Shown: positions 20,154 through 29,119, numbered from the stretch's first letter. The stretch is DNA of 32,000 nucleotides from Pirellula staleyi DSM 6068 (GCA_000025185.1 CP001848.1:4320001-4352000); one strand, 5' to 3'. Program-made: numbers and translations. Notes: generated by a model not told the origin, from the letters alone.

Positions 20154-20203
20154 GTGCTTGGTTTTTTGATAGACGTTTTGTCTGAAGTAAGGATGAGCTA
20201 ACG

Positions 20204-21652
20204 ATGTTTCACGGACCACTTCATCGGCGTGATCTTCTGACTCGAGCTGGTGGCGGAGCAGGTTTGCTCGCGCTCGCCTCGCTGCTGGCCGATGAAGGTC
20301 ATCTATCGCTCGCTGCCGATGCGGCGAGTGATCCAAAGCTCAATCCACTGGCAAAGAAAGAACCACACTTCCCCACCAAAGCCAAGAGTGTGATTTGGCT
20401 GTTCATGAACGGTGGCCCAAGCCAGGTCGATACGTGGGACTATAAGCCCGAACTCGAAAAGCGAGACGGTCAAAAACTCGAAAACTTCGATAGTAACACC
20501 GGGTTCTTCACAGGGCAGGTTGGTCCTGTGATGAAGTCTCCTTACAAATTCAAGCAGCATGGTCAGTGCGGCGCTTGGGCGAGCGAAATCTTTCCGAAGA
20601 TGGCCGAGCATGTCGACGACATGGCGTTCCTGTACAGCTGCCATACGGGATCGAATAACCATAGCCCCGCGCTATTCATGATGAACACGGGCACCACGCG
20701 CATGGGGTTCCCTTGCGTCGGTTCTTGGGTCACTTATGGGCTTGGTAGCGAGAGCCAAAATCTTCCTTCGTTCGTAGCGATGACCGATCCACTAGGTCGT
20801 GGTCTGCCGAAGGGGTATTCGCAAAACTGGGGCGCGGGATTCTTGCCGAGTGTGTATCAGGGAACGTGGCTCAAACCGAGTGGCGACCCGATCGACAATC
20901 TCTTTCGCCCAAAAGAAATGCAGGAAGCTCAGCAGCGGTCGCAGCTCGATTTGCTGGCGAAACTCAATAAGCACGCCCTCGAAAAGGCGCCCATGGAACA
21001 AGAGCTCGCCGCGCGGATCGAAAGTTTTGAACTCGCCTATCGGATGCAGCAAGCAGCTCCCGAAGCAATCGCCATCGACAACGAGCCCGAGCATATCCAA
21101 AAGATGTATGGGATCGACGATAAGCGGTGCAGTCACTTCGCGCGTCAATGCTTGATGGCGCGTCGCATGGTCGAACGAGGTGTTCGATTCGTTCAGATTT
21201 ATAGCGGTGGGATGGAGAACGAACGTTCGTGGGATGGTCACCAAAACATCGTAGCGAATCACTCGCAGTTTGCTGGTGAAACCGACACACCCATTGGCGC
21301 ACTTCTCACCGACCTGAAGCAACGGGGGCTGCTCGACAGCACGCTGGTGATTTGGGGTGGCGAATTTGGACGACTACCGATCGTACAAACCGGCGGCACA
21401 GGCCGCGATCATAATCCCCATGCCTTCACCGTTTGGATGGCAGGTGGCGGTGTGAAAGGTGGCACACTCTATGGCAAGACCGATGAACTCGGGCACAAAG
21501 CGGTGGAAGATCGTGTGCATGTAAACGATCTGCACGCCACGATCCTGCACCTGATGGGACTCGACCACACGAAGCTGACGTTCCGCCTCAACGGTCGCGA
21601 CTTCCGCTTGACCGATGTGGCTGGCAATGTGGTGAAAAAGATTTTGGCTTAG
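20204..21652 (+). CDS. DUF1501 (sulfatase-like fold) protein with Tat signal
   Basis: Twin-arginine leader HRRDLLTRAGGGAGLLALASLLA. Family blocks WLFMNGGPSQVDTWDYKP and GGEFGRLP..GRDHNPHAF. Sits immediately downstream of the DUF1553 gene, the usual pairing. Confidence 0.9.
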   Translation: MFHGPLHRRDLLTRAGGGAGLLALASLLADEGHLSLAADAASDPKLNPLAKKEPHFPTKAKSVIWLFMNGGPSQVDTWDYKPELEKRDGQKLENFDSNTGFFTGQVGPVMKSPYKFKQHGQCGAWASEIFPKMAEHVDDMAFLYSCHTGSNNHSPALFMMNTGTTRMGFPCVGSWVTYGLGSESQNLPSFVAMTDPLGRGLPKGYSQNWGAGFLPSVYQGTWLKPSGDPIDNLFRPKEMQEAQQRSQLDLLAKLNKHALEKAPMEQELAARIESFELAYRMQQAAPEAIAIDNEPEHIQKMYGIDDKRCSHFARQCLMARRMVERGVRFVQIYSGGMENERSWDGHQNIVANHSQFAGETDTPIGALLTDLKQRGLLDSTLVIWGGEFGRLPIVQTGGTGRDHNPHAFTVWMAGGGVKGGTLYGKTDELGHKAVEDRVHVNDLHATILHLMGLDHTKLTFRLNGRDFRLTDVAGNVVKKILA

Positions 21653-21656
21653 CGAG

Positions 21657-22856
21657 TTACGGTTGCTTGCGATCGGTGCGTGGTTCGAAAGCGAGCGGCT
21701 CTTCGTCGAGTGGATCACGAATGTAGAGTCCAAGCTCGCCCGAGATCAGATCGTCGATCACTTGCCCCACCACTTCGGCACGCCAACCTTGAGCGAGTGT
21801 AGGGACTTCGCCAGGAGCAAAACCGCCAAGCTTCAAGCGGTAAGCAATGAGATCGCGTACATCCTGCGCGGTTCCTACGAGTGAAGCTGCCACCGACGAG
21901 CGGCGACAAATGCTCCCCAGCGCAGTGCTTAGGAACTGCCCCAACAAGTTCAGCTGCGGCCGCGCTGAACGCCGTTCGGTGCCAGGGAGTTGATCGTCGC
22001 GCAGCGCCATCGCCCGTTCGACACAGGCGGTGATCTTCGGCATGTAACGCAAGATGTCGCCACGCTCCATGCCACGCACGGCACGAATTCGCTTCGGGTC
22101 GGCTGTTTGACGTTTCGCGAGCTCAAGCAGCAGATCGTCCCGAAGAATGCGACGAGCGGGGGAGTTGCGCCGCTGCGCCTCACCATCTCTCCAGGTCCAA
22201 AGTTCACGAACAACAGCTAAAGTGCGGGCGTTCATGCCAGCTGTGCCGCCGAGTCGACGCCATCGTTCGCCAGTTTCCGCTTCTTCGATCTGATCTTGCC
22301 ACGCGGCGAGTTCCGTATCGAGCCACGAAAGTCGGCCAAGCTTTTCGAGCTTACCAACGAGGACATCACGAATCTGCTCGAGGTCCAAGACATCAAGCAG
22401 GGCATATTCCAGTTGACGCTGCGACAGCGGTCGGCGTCGCCAGTCGGTCCGCGTTTCGTCCTTGGGAAGACTCTTGCCGATCAGCCGCTGAGCGAGGGTG
22501 CCGTATGAAGCGGGAAACTCCATACCAATCAGCCCGGCGGCAATCTGGACGTCGAACCATTTATGAGGTCTCCGCCCCGCTCCCTTGAAGCAAAAACGGA
22601 ACTCTTCGCGACCGGCATGGACCAGCGTTTCGCGTCCCGGTTCGGTCAGCAGGTTCCAAAAGGGGGAGAGATCCTGAACCTCCAGCGGATCGATGATCGC
22701 GAGGTTGCCGTCAGCCGCCACTTGAATCAGGCAAAGCTCGGGCTGATAGCTATCTTCCGAGACGAACTCGGTATCGAAAGCGATGATTTCAGCGGACGCG
22801 AGGACCTGACAATAGTCGCGGAGGTGCTGGTCGGAACTGATATGCTCGTAACGCAC
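21657..22856 (-). CDS. rnd: Ribonuclease D (DEDD 3'-5' exonuclease + HRDC)
   Basis: GTG start. IAFDTEFVSEDSYQPELCLIQVA (Exo I), YALLDVLDL (Exo III region), and an HRDC-like C-terminal half. Confidence 0.9.
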   Translation of the reverse strand: MRYEHISSDQHLRDYCQVLASAEIIAFDTEFVSEDSYQPELCLIQVAADGNLAIIDPLEVQDLSPFWNLLTEPGRETLVHAGREEFRFCFKGAGRRPHKWFDVQIAAGLIGMEFPASYGTLAQRLIGKSLPKDETRTDWRRRPLSQRQLEYALLDVLDLEQIRDVLVGKLEKLGRLSWLDTELAAWQDQIEEAETGERWRRLGGTAGMNARTLAVVRELWTWRDGEAQRRNSPARRILRDDLLLELAKRQTADPKRIRAVRGMERGDILRYMPKITACVERAMALRDDQLPGTERRSARPQLNLLGQFLSTALGSICRRSSVAASLVGTAQDVRDLIAYRLKLGGFAPGEVPTLAQGWRAEVVGQVIDDLISGELGLYIRDPLDEEPLAFEPRTDRKQP

Positions 22857-23000
22857 GCTGATCTTTGGTGGCTAGGAGTCGTCGATAATCGGGCGGGCCC
22901 TGGCCCTCGTGGCTCGGAAACTTCCGTCGCGCCCGAAAACATCGAGCATAGTCCATCGTAAGGCCATTGCACAGGCGAGTAACCGAATGCTGCGGCCCCA

Positions 23001-23801
23001 TTATTTCGAGTTCCGGCTCGCCTGCATCAACCTCCGAACACGCTCGGGGTCGATCGGACTCCGGGCATCTCCCTGATGTTTGATCCACGATCCGACAATC
23101 GCTCCACTGGCACCTTGAAAATTCGCCAGCGAGTCGGCCGTAACTCCGCTTCCGACCAGCACGGGGGTGCCTGCGGCTGCGGAAATTACTGCCTGAAGTT
23201 CATGCGGGTCGGTTTCGTAGCCAGTCCCACGGCCGGTCACAATCAGTGCGTCGGCAAGGCCGCGACGAATCGTATTTTCGGTCTCCTCTTCGAGTGAAAC
23301 CGGCGCCAGTGGCCACGAATGCTTGACGTTCACGTCGGCCCAAATCTGGATTTCTTCAGCGCCGAGCGACTTTCGAAGGCGGAGAAGTTCGTCGGCACGA
23401 CCGGCAATGATCCCCTGATCGGTCAGCCGGGCACCTACCAGAATGTTCACTCGAATGAAGCTGGCGCCGACAGCCGACGCAATCGCCATTGCCGCTAAGG
23501 AGTCGTTGCGGAGGACATTGATTCCCAGCGGCAACGAACTTGCCATGCGCACGGCCGCTGCAATGCGACTCATTTGGGCCACGGTGGCTGGACTGACTTG
23601 CGTGGCTGGCAGCGGCATATCGCCAAAGTTTTCGAGCATCAAACCAGCGGCTCCGAGTGCCGTCAGCATTTCGGCTTCACGGCAAACGTGCTCGGTAATT
23701 GCAGAGATCGACAGGGCACTTCGAGGGGAACCTGGCAGTGGCGGCAGATGCAGCATCGCGATGACTGGGAGCGGAGCATCGCTCGCGAAGGGGAGTGGCA
23801 T
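23001..23801 (-). CDS. BtpA/SgcQ family (TIM-barrel) protein
   Basis: ATG at 23799-23801 (complement); the track start 23828 is TTG. Family N-terminal signature VIAMLHLPPLPGSP. Also ENFGD, GINVLRND, VLVGSGVT. Confidence 0.85.
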   Translation of the reverse strand: MPLPFASDAPLPVIAMLHLPPLPGSPRSALSISAITEHVCREAEMLTALGAAGLMLENFGDMPLPATQVSPATVAQMSRIAAAVRMASSLPLGINVLRNDSLAAMAIASAVGASFIRVNILVGARLTDQGIIAGRADELLRLRKSLGAEEIQIWADVNVKHSWPLAPVSLEEETENTIRRGLADALIVTGRGTGYETDPHELQAVISAAAGTPVLVGSGVTADSLANFQGASGAIVGSWIKHQGDARSPIDPERVRRLMQASRNSK

Positions 23802-23937
23802 GGGGCAACCCAAGAGGAGTGTCGACAATAGAAGGCAAAGGTTTTGTAGACTAGCGTTTCGAGTGATCGCGCGACAAGTGTTTGGCGCCGCGATCCACCC
23901 CGACCTTCAGCAATTTCGCAACCTCAGAGCCTGCGCG

Positions 23938-24774
23938 ATGACCTTGGTTCCGATCACCAGTTTCGATGACCCGCTCGTGGCACCTTATCACGAGATGAAC
24001 CGCCGCAATTTAGCGCAGCATAGTGGGCTCTTTATTGTCGAAGGGGATAAGCTGGTCGATCGCTTGATCACTAGTTCATTTGCGATGCACTCGTTGCTGG
24101 CGGAGCCCGACATGGCGGAGCGTTATGCCACGCAGGTGCCCGCCGAAGTGCCCATCTACGTCGTGGATCGCGCTACACTACAAGCCACAATCGGTTTCAA
24201 TTTTCATCGCGGCATTTTGGGTTGTGGCTATCGTCGCGAACAACCCACGGTCGAGCAACTTCTCACCACACCACCGACCGTCGCTCAAGTGACCGCTGGT
24301 CGCGCCGCAGATATTGGCAACTTGATATTGGTGCTTGCCGAAGTGCAGGACCCGACGAATCTAGGAAGCATTCTTCGCTCTGCAGCGGCGTTTGGATGTC
24401 GCGGTGTTGTGCTGGGGCCGCGCTGTGCCGATCCGTTTGCACGCCGCGTGATTCGGGTCTCGATGGGAAGTGCGCTCACGATTCCGATCACCGTCTCGAG
24501 CAATTTGGCGTGTGATCTGGAGTCCATCGCAGAGAAAGGCTATCAGCTAACAGCGACTGTACTGAGTGACCGCGCGAAGAAGCTTGGTGATCTCCAACTC
24601 GACGTACCGCGAGCACTTCTGCTGGGAAGTGAAGGGAATGGACTCGCACCGGAATGGATCGCGATGTGCCGAGAGCATGTCACGATTCCGATGGCCTGGG
24701 GGACCGACTCTTTGAATGTCGCCATCGCTGCCGCTGTACTGCTCTATCACTTCTCCACATCGCGACTGTGCTGA
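23938..24774 (+). CDS. SpoU/TrmH family RNA 2'-O-methyltransferase
   Basis: The real start is the in-frame ATG at 23938 (MTLVPITSFDD). The 165 upstream codons of track ORF 23443..24774 are antisense to the BtpA gene. SPOUT motifs: LAEVQDPTNLGSILRSAAAFG, LLLGSEGNGL, IPMAWGTDSLNVAIAAAVLLY. Confidence 0.85.
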   Translation: MTLVPITSFDDPLVAPYHEMNRRNLAQHSGLFIVEGDKLVDRLITSSFAMHSLLAEPDMAERYATQVPAEVPIYVVDRATLQATIGFNFHRGILGCGYRREQPTVEQLLTTPPTVAQVTAGRAADIGNLILVLAEVQDPTNLGSILRSAAAFGCRGVVLGPRCADPFARRVIRVSMGSALTIPITVSSNLACDLESIAEKGYQLTATVLSDRAKKLGDLQLDVPRALLLGSEGNGLAPEWIAMCREHVTIPMAWGTDSLNVAIAAAVLLYHFSTSRLC

Positions 24775-24848
24775 AGTCCGCTCGCGAGAATGGCTTATTT
24801 CTCGGGAATTACGTGCGAAATGTTACGTTCGAATCGATGCAACTCATG

Positions 24849-25172
24849 CTAGTGAGCGCTCACCATCTTGAGACCGATCACGCTTCCCACCAAGGTGCAA
24901 AGCAAAATGATTCGCGCGGCGCTAATTGGATCGCCGAAGAAAATCATTCCTACCACAGCGGTTCCGCAGGCACCGATGCCGGTCCACACGGCGTAGGCTG
25001 TTCCCAGCGGAATGCCAGCCGAGAGGGCACGATTGAGAACCACAAAACTAAGGATCGCGAAGAACAAGAATCCGAGCGTCGGCCAAACATGCGTGAAACC
25101 GTGCGAGAGTTTCATCATGGTCGTAAAACCAATTTCCAACAAACCGGCAATCACTAGCAGCAGCCAACCCAT
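24849..25172 (-). CDS. sugE: SMR family small multidrug / guanidinium exporter (SugE/Gdx-like)
   Basis: ATG at 25170-25172 (complement), giving 107 aa. MGWLLLVIAGLLEIGF..GTAYAVWTGIGACGTAVVG..IGLKMVSAH is collinear with E. coli SugE, including the membrane Glu in LLE. Confidence 0.9.
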   Translation of the reverse strand: MGWLLLVIAGLLEIGFTTMMKLSHGFTHVWPTLGFLFFAILSFVVLNRALSAGIPLGTAYAVWTGIGACGTAVVGMIFFGDPISAARIILLCTLVGSVIGLKMVSAH

Positions 25173-25306
25173 GATGAATCTCGATCGCAAAAGAGGAACA
25201 AGTAAAGTCGCCAAGCTTTCGACACGAACTGTGCAGCCGATGTTCGCGTGAGAAGCACAGCAACTGACTGCACTGTTATGCGATGCAGCAAGGTTTGTCG
25301 AGGGCG

Positions 25307-26833
25307 CTAGCGGGCTGCTTTACTCCGGGGAAAGAGCGCGATGCCAAGCACGGCGAGCAAGATGGCCGCCGATGCCAAGACGATCGTGCGGTAGCCAAAA
25401 AATCCATCATCGGATTCTTTTGAAACTGCAGTTGTTTCAGTGGTATCGACAGCGGGGGTCTCACGCGCGGTATGGCTCGGCGCAGTTGCCGATGCGATGT
25501 AGGGTGTTTCCGACTCACTCGGAAGTGGTTCGAAGTCGACCTTCGGTTCTTCCTCGGGACGCTGAATTCCTGCAGGTTCCACCGGTGTTGCAGCAATCTT
25601 GCCGTCACTGGGTGTCTCGTCGATCGTGAACGAGTTCTTGGGAAACATCGTCTCGGCGCGGGTCACACTTTCGGCATCGATTTCGCGAAGCTTCTCGATC
25701 AGCGCGGTTGCCTCGGGGAGTGGATTGTCTCGCAAATAACGAATGATCGGCACTCGCACCCAGGCACTCGTTTTCTCCGATTTGACGTACAGCTTTTCCA
25801 TCTCGGGAAGCAGGTCCCAGACTTTGCCCCGCGCGAAATCGGGAATCACCAGGTCGGCAAGTTCTGGTCGCTCAAGCAGCAGTTTCAGCGAAGCAATCAG
25901 TCGCTCGCGAGGAATGATCTTCTCGTCGAGATGAAATCGCACCGCTGTCAGCGCGGCGTTGATGTCGGTGAACTCCGCCTGCTCGTTGGTAAACAGGTTT
26001 TGCTCGACAAGCGGCAACCCCGCTTCGCCCATGAGTGTCAGGTAGCAACCGACAAACGCATCGAGCCCCTTGCGATAGGCGCGATCGGGCGAAGTGATTC
26101 GCTCGGCCATGAACGGGGCATCTTCTCGGGTGCCGCAAACTCCGAGCATCGTGGCATAGAGCCGGCGGTGATTCAAATCGAGCGCAGGATCTTCAAGGCG
26201 TCGCTTCAAATGCTCGGCGCTCAAAAGCGGCTTAATCGCTTTTACGTCGGCATAAGGAGCGCGCGCAAACTCGTCATAAGCATCTTCGCTTATCAAGCGG
26301 TCGGCATGTTCGAGGTAAGGAAGGAACTTCTCGATGCGCTCGGCACCTTTGGCCGGAAGCGACGGAAGTGCCTTGAAATACTCCGCTTCCGACTCCGTGA
26401 TCGCCAGCGGAGTGGTCCACAAAAGTGGGTCGCCGCTTCCGAAAATTAGATAGCGATTGGGCTCTCCGACAGCGTCGCGAAACAGGATCTCGAGGTCGCT
26501 AACCCCCTTGATAGTGGTGTGTCCTTTCACGATTTCTTGGATTTTGAAGATCCCGAGCTTCAGGGTGGGGTCGGGCGAGCGGCTTCCATCTTTGGTCGTC
26601 GGAATCTTCACCGCCACGCGCTCGGCGATCACTGCAACCGTCGATGCAGCTAGGTCTTCGGTCAGCGTGTTACCCACCGCTTTGCAAAACGGACAGGCCA
26701 CCGCCTCGCGCGTAAACGTGCCGCCGAGCATCACCACCAGCATCAAAGTTGCGCGCAGCGCAAGTGAACTCGCGCCCCTAAGCAGGGGGTAGCAACTGTT
26801 TCGTTTTGACGACACGACAGGCGACGTTCTCAT
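25307..26833 (-). CDS. Hypothetical membrane-anchored protein: signal/TM, CPFC (CxxC) motif, helical-repeat region, acidic/Pro linker, C-terminal TM
   Basis: ATG at 26831-26833 (complement); the track start 26890 is TTG. LMLVVMLGGTFTREAVACPFCKAVG. A long alpha-helical-looking repeat region (..LKLLLERPELADLVIPDF..IIRYLRDNPLPEATALIEKL). C-terminal TIVLASAAILLAVLGIALF. No family recognised. Confidence 0.65.
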   Translation of the reverse strand: MRTSPVVSSKRNSCYPLLRGASSLALRATLMLVVMLGGTFTREAVACPFCKAVGNTLTEDLAASTVAVIAERVAVKIPTTKDGSRSPDPTLKLGIFKIQEIVKGHTTIKGVSDLEILFRDAVGEPNRYLIFGSGDPLLWTTPLAITESEAEYFKALPSLPAKGAERIEKFLPYLEHADRLISEDAYDEFARAPYADVKAIKPLLSAEHLKRRLEDPALDLNHRRLYATMLGVCGTREDAPFMAERITSPDRAYRKGLDAFVGCYLTLMGEAGLPLVEQNLFTNEQAEFTDINAALTAVRFHLDEKIIPRERLIASLKLLLERPELADLVIPDFARGKVWDLLPEMEKLYVKSEKTSAWVRVPIIRYLRDNPLPEATALIEKLREIDAESVTRAETMFPKNSFTIDETPSDGKIAATPVEPAGIQRPEEEPKVDFEPLPSESETPYIASATAPSHTARETPAVDTTETTAVSKESDDGFFGYRTIVLASAAILLAVLGIALFPRSKAAR

Positions 26834-26966
26834 GGCTCGGTTCCTTCGCGCGCGATCGGGGCAGGGGAGCACGTGGGGCCGATCTCGCAACTTGTCATTC
26901 TAAGCGACTGTACACTTCGCACGAAGTCGAAATCGCGCGACTCTCACGCTGCTGCTACGCCGCGCT

Positions 26967-27743
26967 CTAATGCACCATGCTCAGATTCTGACAGACATCG
27001 TCGAGCAGTTCGACATCCACCACACTCTCGTCCGAGGCTCGTGCGGCGACCAGCGCCAGCTGACCGATCTGCAGAATGGCTCGCGCTTGTCCGCAAGCAA
27101 GCTCCTGCAAGCGAAAAATGGCTTGCTGACTCAGCGCGATCGTGGGGAACTGCTTACCCACCGTGGTTTCAATGAGTGTCTGCGTTTCGTCGGGCGAAAG
27201 TGGCTCGAGATCGATCCGCAGCTGAGCGAGCGACAATAGCCGACTCCCGAGTTTCGCAGCACTCTCGGCTGTCGTACTGAGTACGATCGTCAGTGGCACT
27301 TCGTGCAGCTGAGCCACGGCAATCAGCCGCGACACCGTATCGAGAAATTCGCTCGTCGCTTCCGAAGCATCGTCGATCAGCAAAATGATTTGTGATGCTT
27401 CCATCCGGAGCTCGACCATGCGGGCCGTCACACGCTGCCAAATCGTTTGCTGCGAGGCTTGCGCAGAGATTCCCAGCTGCCAGGCTGCGGCGAGTGACGT
27501 CAGCAAATCAATCGACGTGGCATGCAAACCACTCACCAAGGCAATCGATCGATCGGGCGCGCGGAGTTCCTCGGCGGCGATCTTCAGCAGCAACGTTTTT
27601 CCGCTGCCACTATCTCCCATCAGCAGCGCAAGTTCGCCCGAGGTCTCCACGAGGTAGAACAGCCGCGCGCGAGCTTCCTCTTGCGACGCCACCAGCACCG
27701 GCGGAGCGTAGGGCAGGGAGTTTGAAGTCGGGTGGGTGGTCAT
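26967..27743 (-). CDS. ExeA/GspA-like AAA ATPase (AAA_22-type)
   Basis: Walker A is LLMGDSGSGKTLL and Walker B is IILLIDDA. Overall it is collinear with ExeA/MshM-type ATPases (..LEPLSPDETQTLIE.., ..ACGQARAILQIGQLAL..). The start is ambiguous: ATG at 27743 is preferred, and ATG at 27875 is possible but would abut the rsmE start. Confidence 0.75.
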   Translation of the reverse strand: MTTHPTSNSLPYAPPVLVASQEEARARLFYLVETSGELALLMGDSGSGKTLLLKIAAEELRAPDRSIALVSGLHATSIDLLTSLAAAWQLGISAQASQQTIWQRVTARMVELRMEASQIILLIDDASEATSEFLDTVSRLIAVAQLHEVPLTIVLSTTAESAAKLGSRLLSLAQLRIDLEPLSPDETQTLIETTVGKQFPTIALSQQAIFRLQELACGQARAILQIGQLALVAARASDESVVDVELLDDVCQNLSMVH

Positions 27744-27873
27744 CGAAGGCTTCCTCGAAAAGTCGGGCACAGCCAAGGTGCATAGCCGTGCGTATCTTTG
27801 GGCGAATCGGTACAATCCGACCGCATTCTTCAGCGAATCTGCCGTTTCGAAAACTTCTTCACGAAAACGTGTC

Positions 27874-28584
27874 ATGCCCGATCGCTATTTCGTCGACAAA
27901 CCGCTCGCTGCTGGCATTGCTATCATCGCCGGAGATGAAGCGCGGCACCTCGTGGGGGTGATGCGCGCAAAACTGGGGGACGAGGTCGTTTTGTTCGACG
28001 GCTGCGGACACGAGGCCGACGCCACGATCGAAAAGACGGCGAAAGAGCGTGTGGAGCTGCGGGTTGAAACAGTGCGCGACGTGCCGCGCGAGTTTGCCTC
28101 GCAGCTGACGCTCGCCGTCGCGCTTCCCAAAGGAGATCGGCAGAAGTGGCTCGTCGAGAAGCTGGTGGAGCTCGGCTGCGACGCGCTGTTGCCGCTTGAG
28201 ACCGATCGCGGAGTCGCGCAGCCTGTCGAATCTGCCATCGAGCGGCTGAAGCGTGGCGTGCTGGAAGCGAGCAAGCAAAGTGGCCGCGCGCTGCTGATGC
28301 GCATCGAAGCACCCGCCAGCAGCGACACCCTATTTTCGGCAGCGACAGTGCACAATCAGCCTTGTTTCATCGCACATCCAGGAGGCTGTAGTCTCGATCA
28401 GGCGTGGGACCAATCGTCGGGCAATGCACTCTTTGCGATCGGTCCCGAGGGGGGCTTTTCCGATCGCGAAGTTCAGCTCGCCGAGCAAGCCGGTTTTCAA
28501 AAAGTCTCGCTCGGCCCCACGATCTTGCGCATCGAAACCGCGGCCATTGCCATCGCCGCCCTCCGCATGCTCCGCTCCAGCTGA
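27874..28584 (+). CDS. rsmE: 16S rRNA (uracil1498-N3)-methyltransferase RsmE
   Basis: ATG at 27874 (MPDRYFVDKPL); the track start is 27736. PUA-like N-terminus (GDEARHLVGVMRAKLGDEVVLFDG). SPOUT C-terminus (LFAIGPEGGFSDREV..LGPTILRIETAAIAIAA). Confidence 0.9.
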   Translation: MPDRYFVDKPLAAGIAIIAGDEARHLVGVMRAKLGDEVVLFDGCGHEADATIEKTAKERVELRVETVRDVPREFASQLTLAVALPKGDRQKWLVEKLVELGCDALLPLETDRGVAQPVESAIERLKRGVLEASKQSGRALLMRIEAPASSDTLFSAATVHNQPCFIAHPGGCSLDQAWDQSSGNALFAIGPEGGFSDREVQLAEQAGFQKVSLGPTILRIETAAIAIAALRMLRSS

Positions 28585-28647
28585 ACGTTCAGTTCGAGTA
28601 GCCAATCAAACATGGAGGTCTCTCACGAATCTCTCTGGCCTCATTCT

Positions 28648-28843
28648 GTAGGTCAGATGCCCGTAGGGAATCTGACGGGAGAGGATATCTCTAGCCGAGA
28701 GCACGTTGTAGCTACAGAGTCACGCGATCAGAGCACGACATCTGGTGTTAGAGACTTCAAGCGTCGACTCGATGGCAGGAGAAGTGAAACCGGTCTGAGA
28801 ATTGGCTGCTTAACTCCTGTCAGGTACGGGGTACCTGACCTAC
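28648..28843 (+). repeat. REP/REPIN-like structured repeat, copy 1 (196 bp)
   Basis: Starts GTAG + hairpin GTCAGAT-G-CCC-GTA-GGG-A-ATCTGAC. Ends with hairpin GTCAGGTAC-GGG-GTACCTGAC + CTAC, which is the same GTAG-hairpin module inverted. The termini form a 9-bp perfect terminal inverted repeat GTAGGTCAG/CTGACCTAC. Confidence 0.85.
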
Positions 28844-28861
28844 GGGGGCTGCCGAAAGCAC

Positions 28862-29056
28862 GTAGGTCAGATGCCCGCAGGGAATCTGACGGGAGAGGAG
28901 ATCGCCAGCCGAGAACGCGTTGTAGCTACAGCGCCCCGCGATCAGAGCATGGCCCTAGCAAGTAAAAACGTAAGCGTCGACTCGATGGCAGGAGAAGTGA
29001 AACCGGTTTGAGCATTGCCAGCTCAACTCCTGTCAGGTACGGGGTACCTGACCTAC
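28862..29056 (+). repeat. REP/REPIN-like structured repeat, copy 2 (195 bp), tandem to copy 1 (214-bp period)
   Basis: Same termini and conserved blocks as copy 1 (..cgttgtagctacag.., ..aagcgtcgactcgatggcaggagaagtgaaaccggt.., ..aactcctgtcaggt..). The central ~35 bp diverges. The 5' loop nucleotide is C instead of T. Confidence 0.85.
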
Positions 29057-29073
29057 GGGGGCTGCTCGTCCAA

Positions 29074-29119
29074 CAGGAGCATGGCATCCGCAATTCTTGT
29101 CCGGTGGAACCGGACCTAC
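29074..29119 (+). repeat. Solo REP-like unit (hairpin GTCCGGT-GGA-ACCGGAC + CTAC) with conserved leader
   Basis: caggagcatggcatccgcaattcttGTCCGGTggaACCGGACCTAC. A near-identical unit lies at 30392..30438. It has the same hairpin + CTAC(GGGGG) ending as the long repeats. Confidence 0.75.

Noticed and set aside
23443-23937. The 5' extension of ORF 23443..24774, which would make a 443-aa SpoU protein.
   Set aside because: The first 165 codons are antisense to the BtpA-family gene and have no SPOUT-related sequence. The in-frame ATG at 23938 gives a normal-length TrmH/SpoU protein and leaves a divergent promoter region.
25173-25306. A guanidine riboswitch (ykkC, mini-ykkC or guanidine-III) upstream of the SugE/Gdx-like exporter.
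   Set aside because: I read the 134-nt upstream region on the coding strand. It has no paired ACGR-tetraloop hairpins, no ACCCGG..GGAC pseudoknot pattern and no ykkC GGGA/ACGG core. A covariance-model scan would be needed to be certain.
28648-29056. A possible CRISPR array, because of the tandem repeats.
   Set aside because: There are only two tandem units of about 195 bp with an 18-bp spacer, and the units have internal structure and terminal inverted repeats. No short 25-40 bp repeat-spacer periodicity exists and no cas genes are present.
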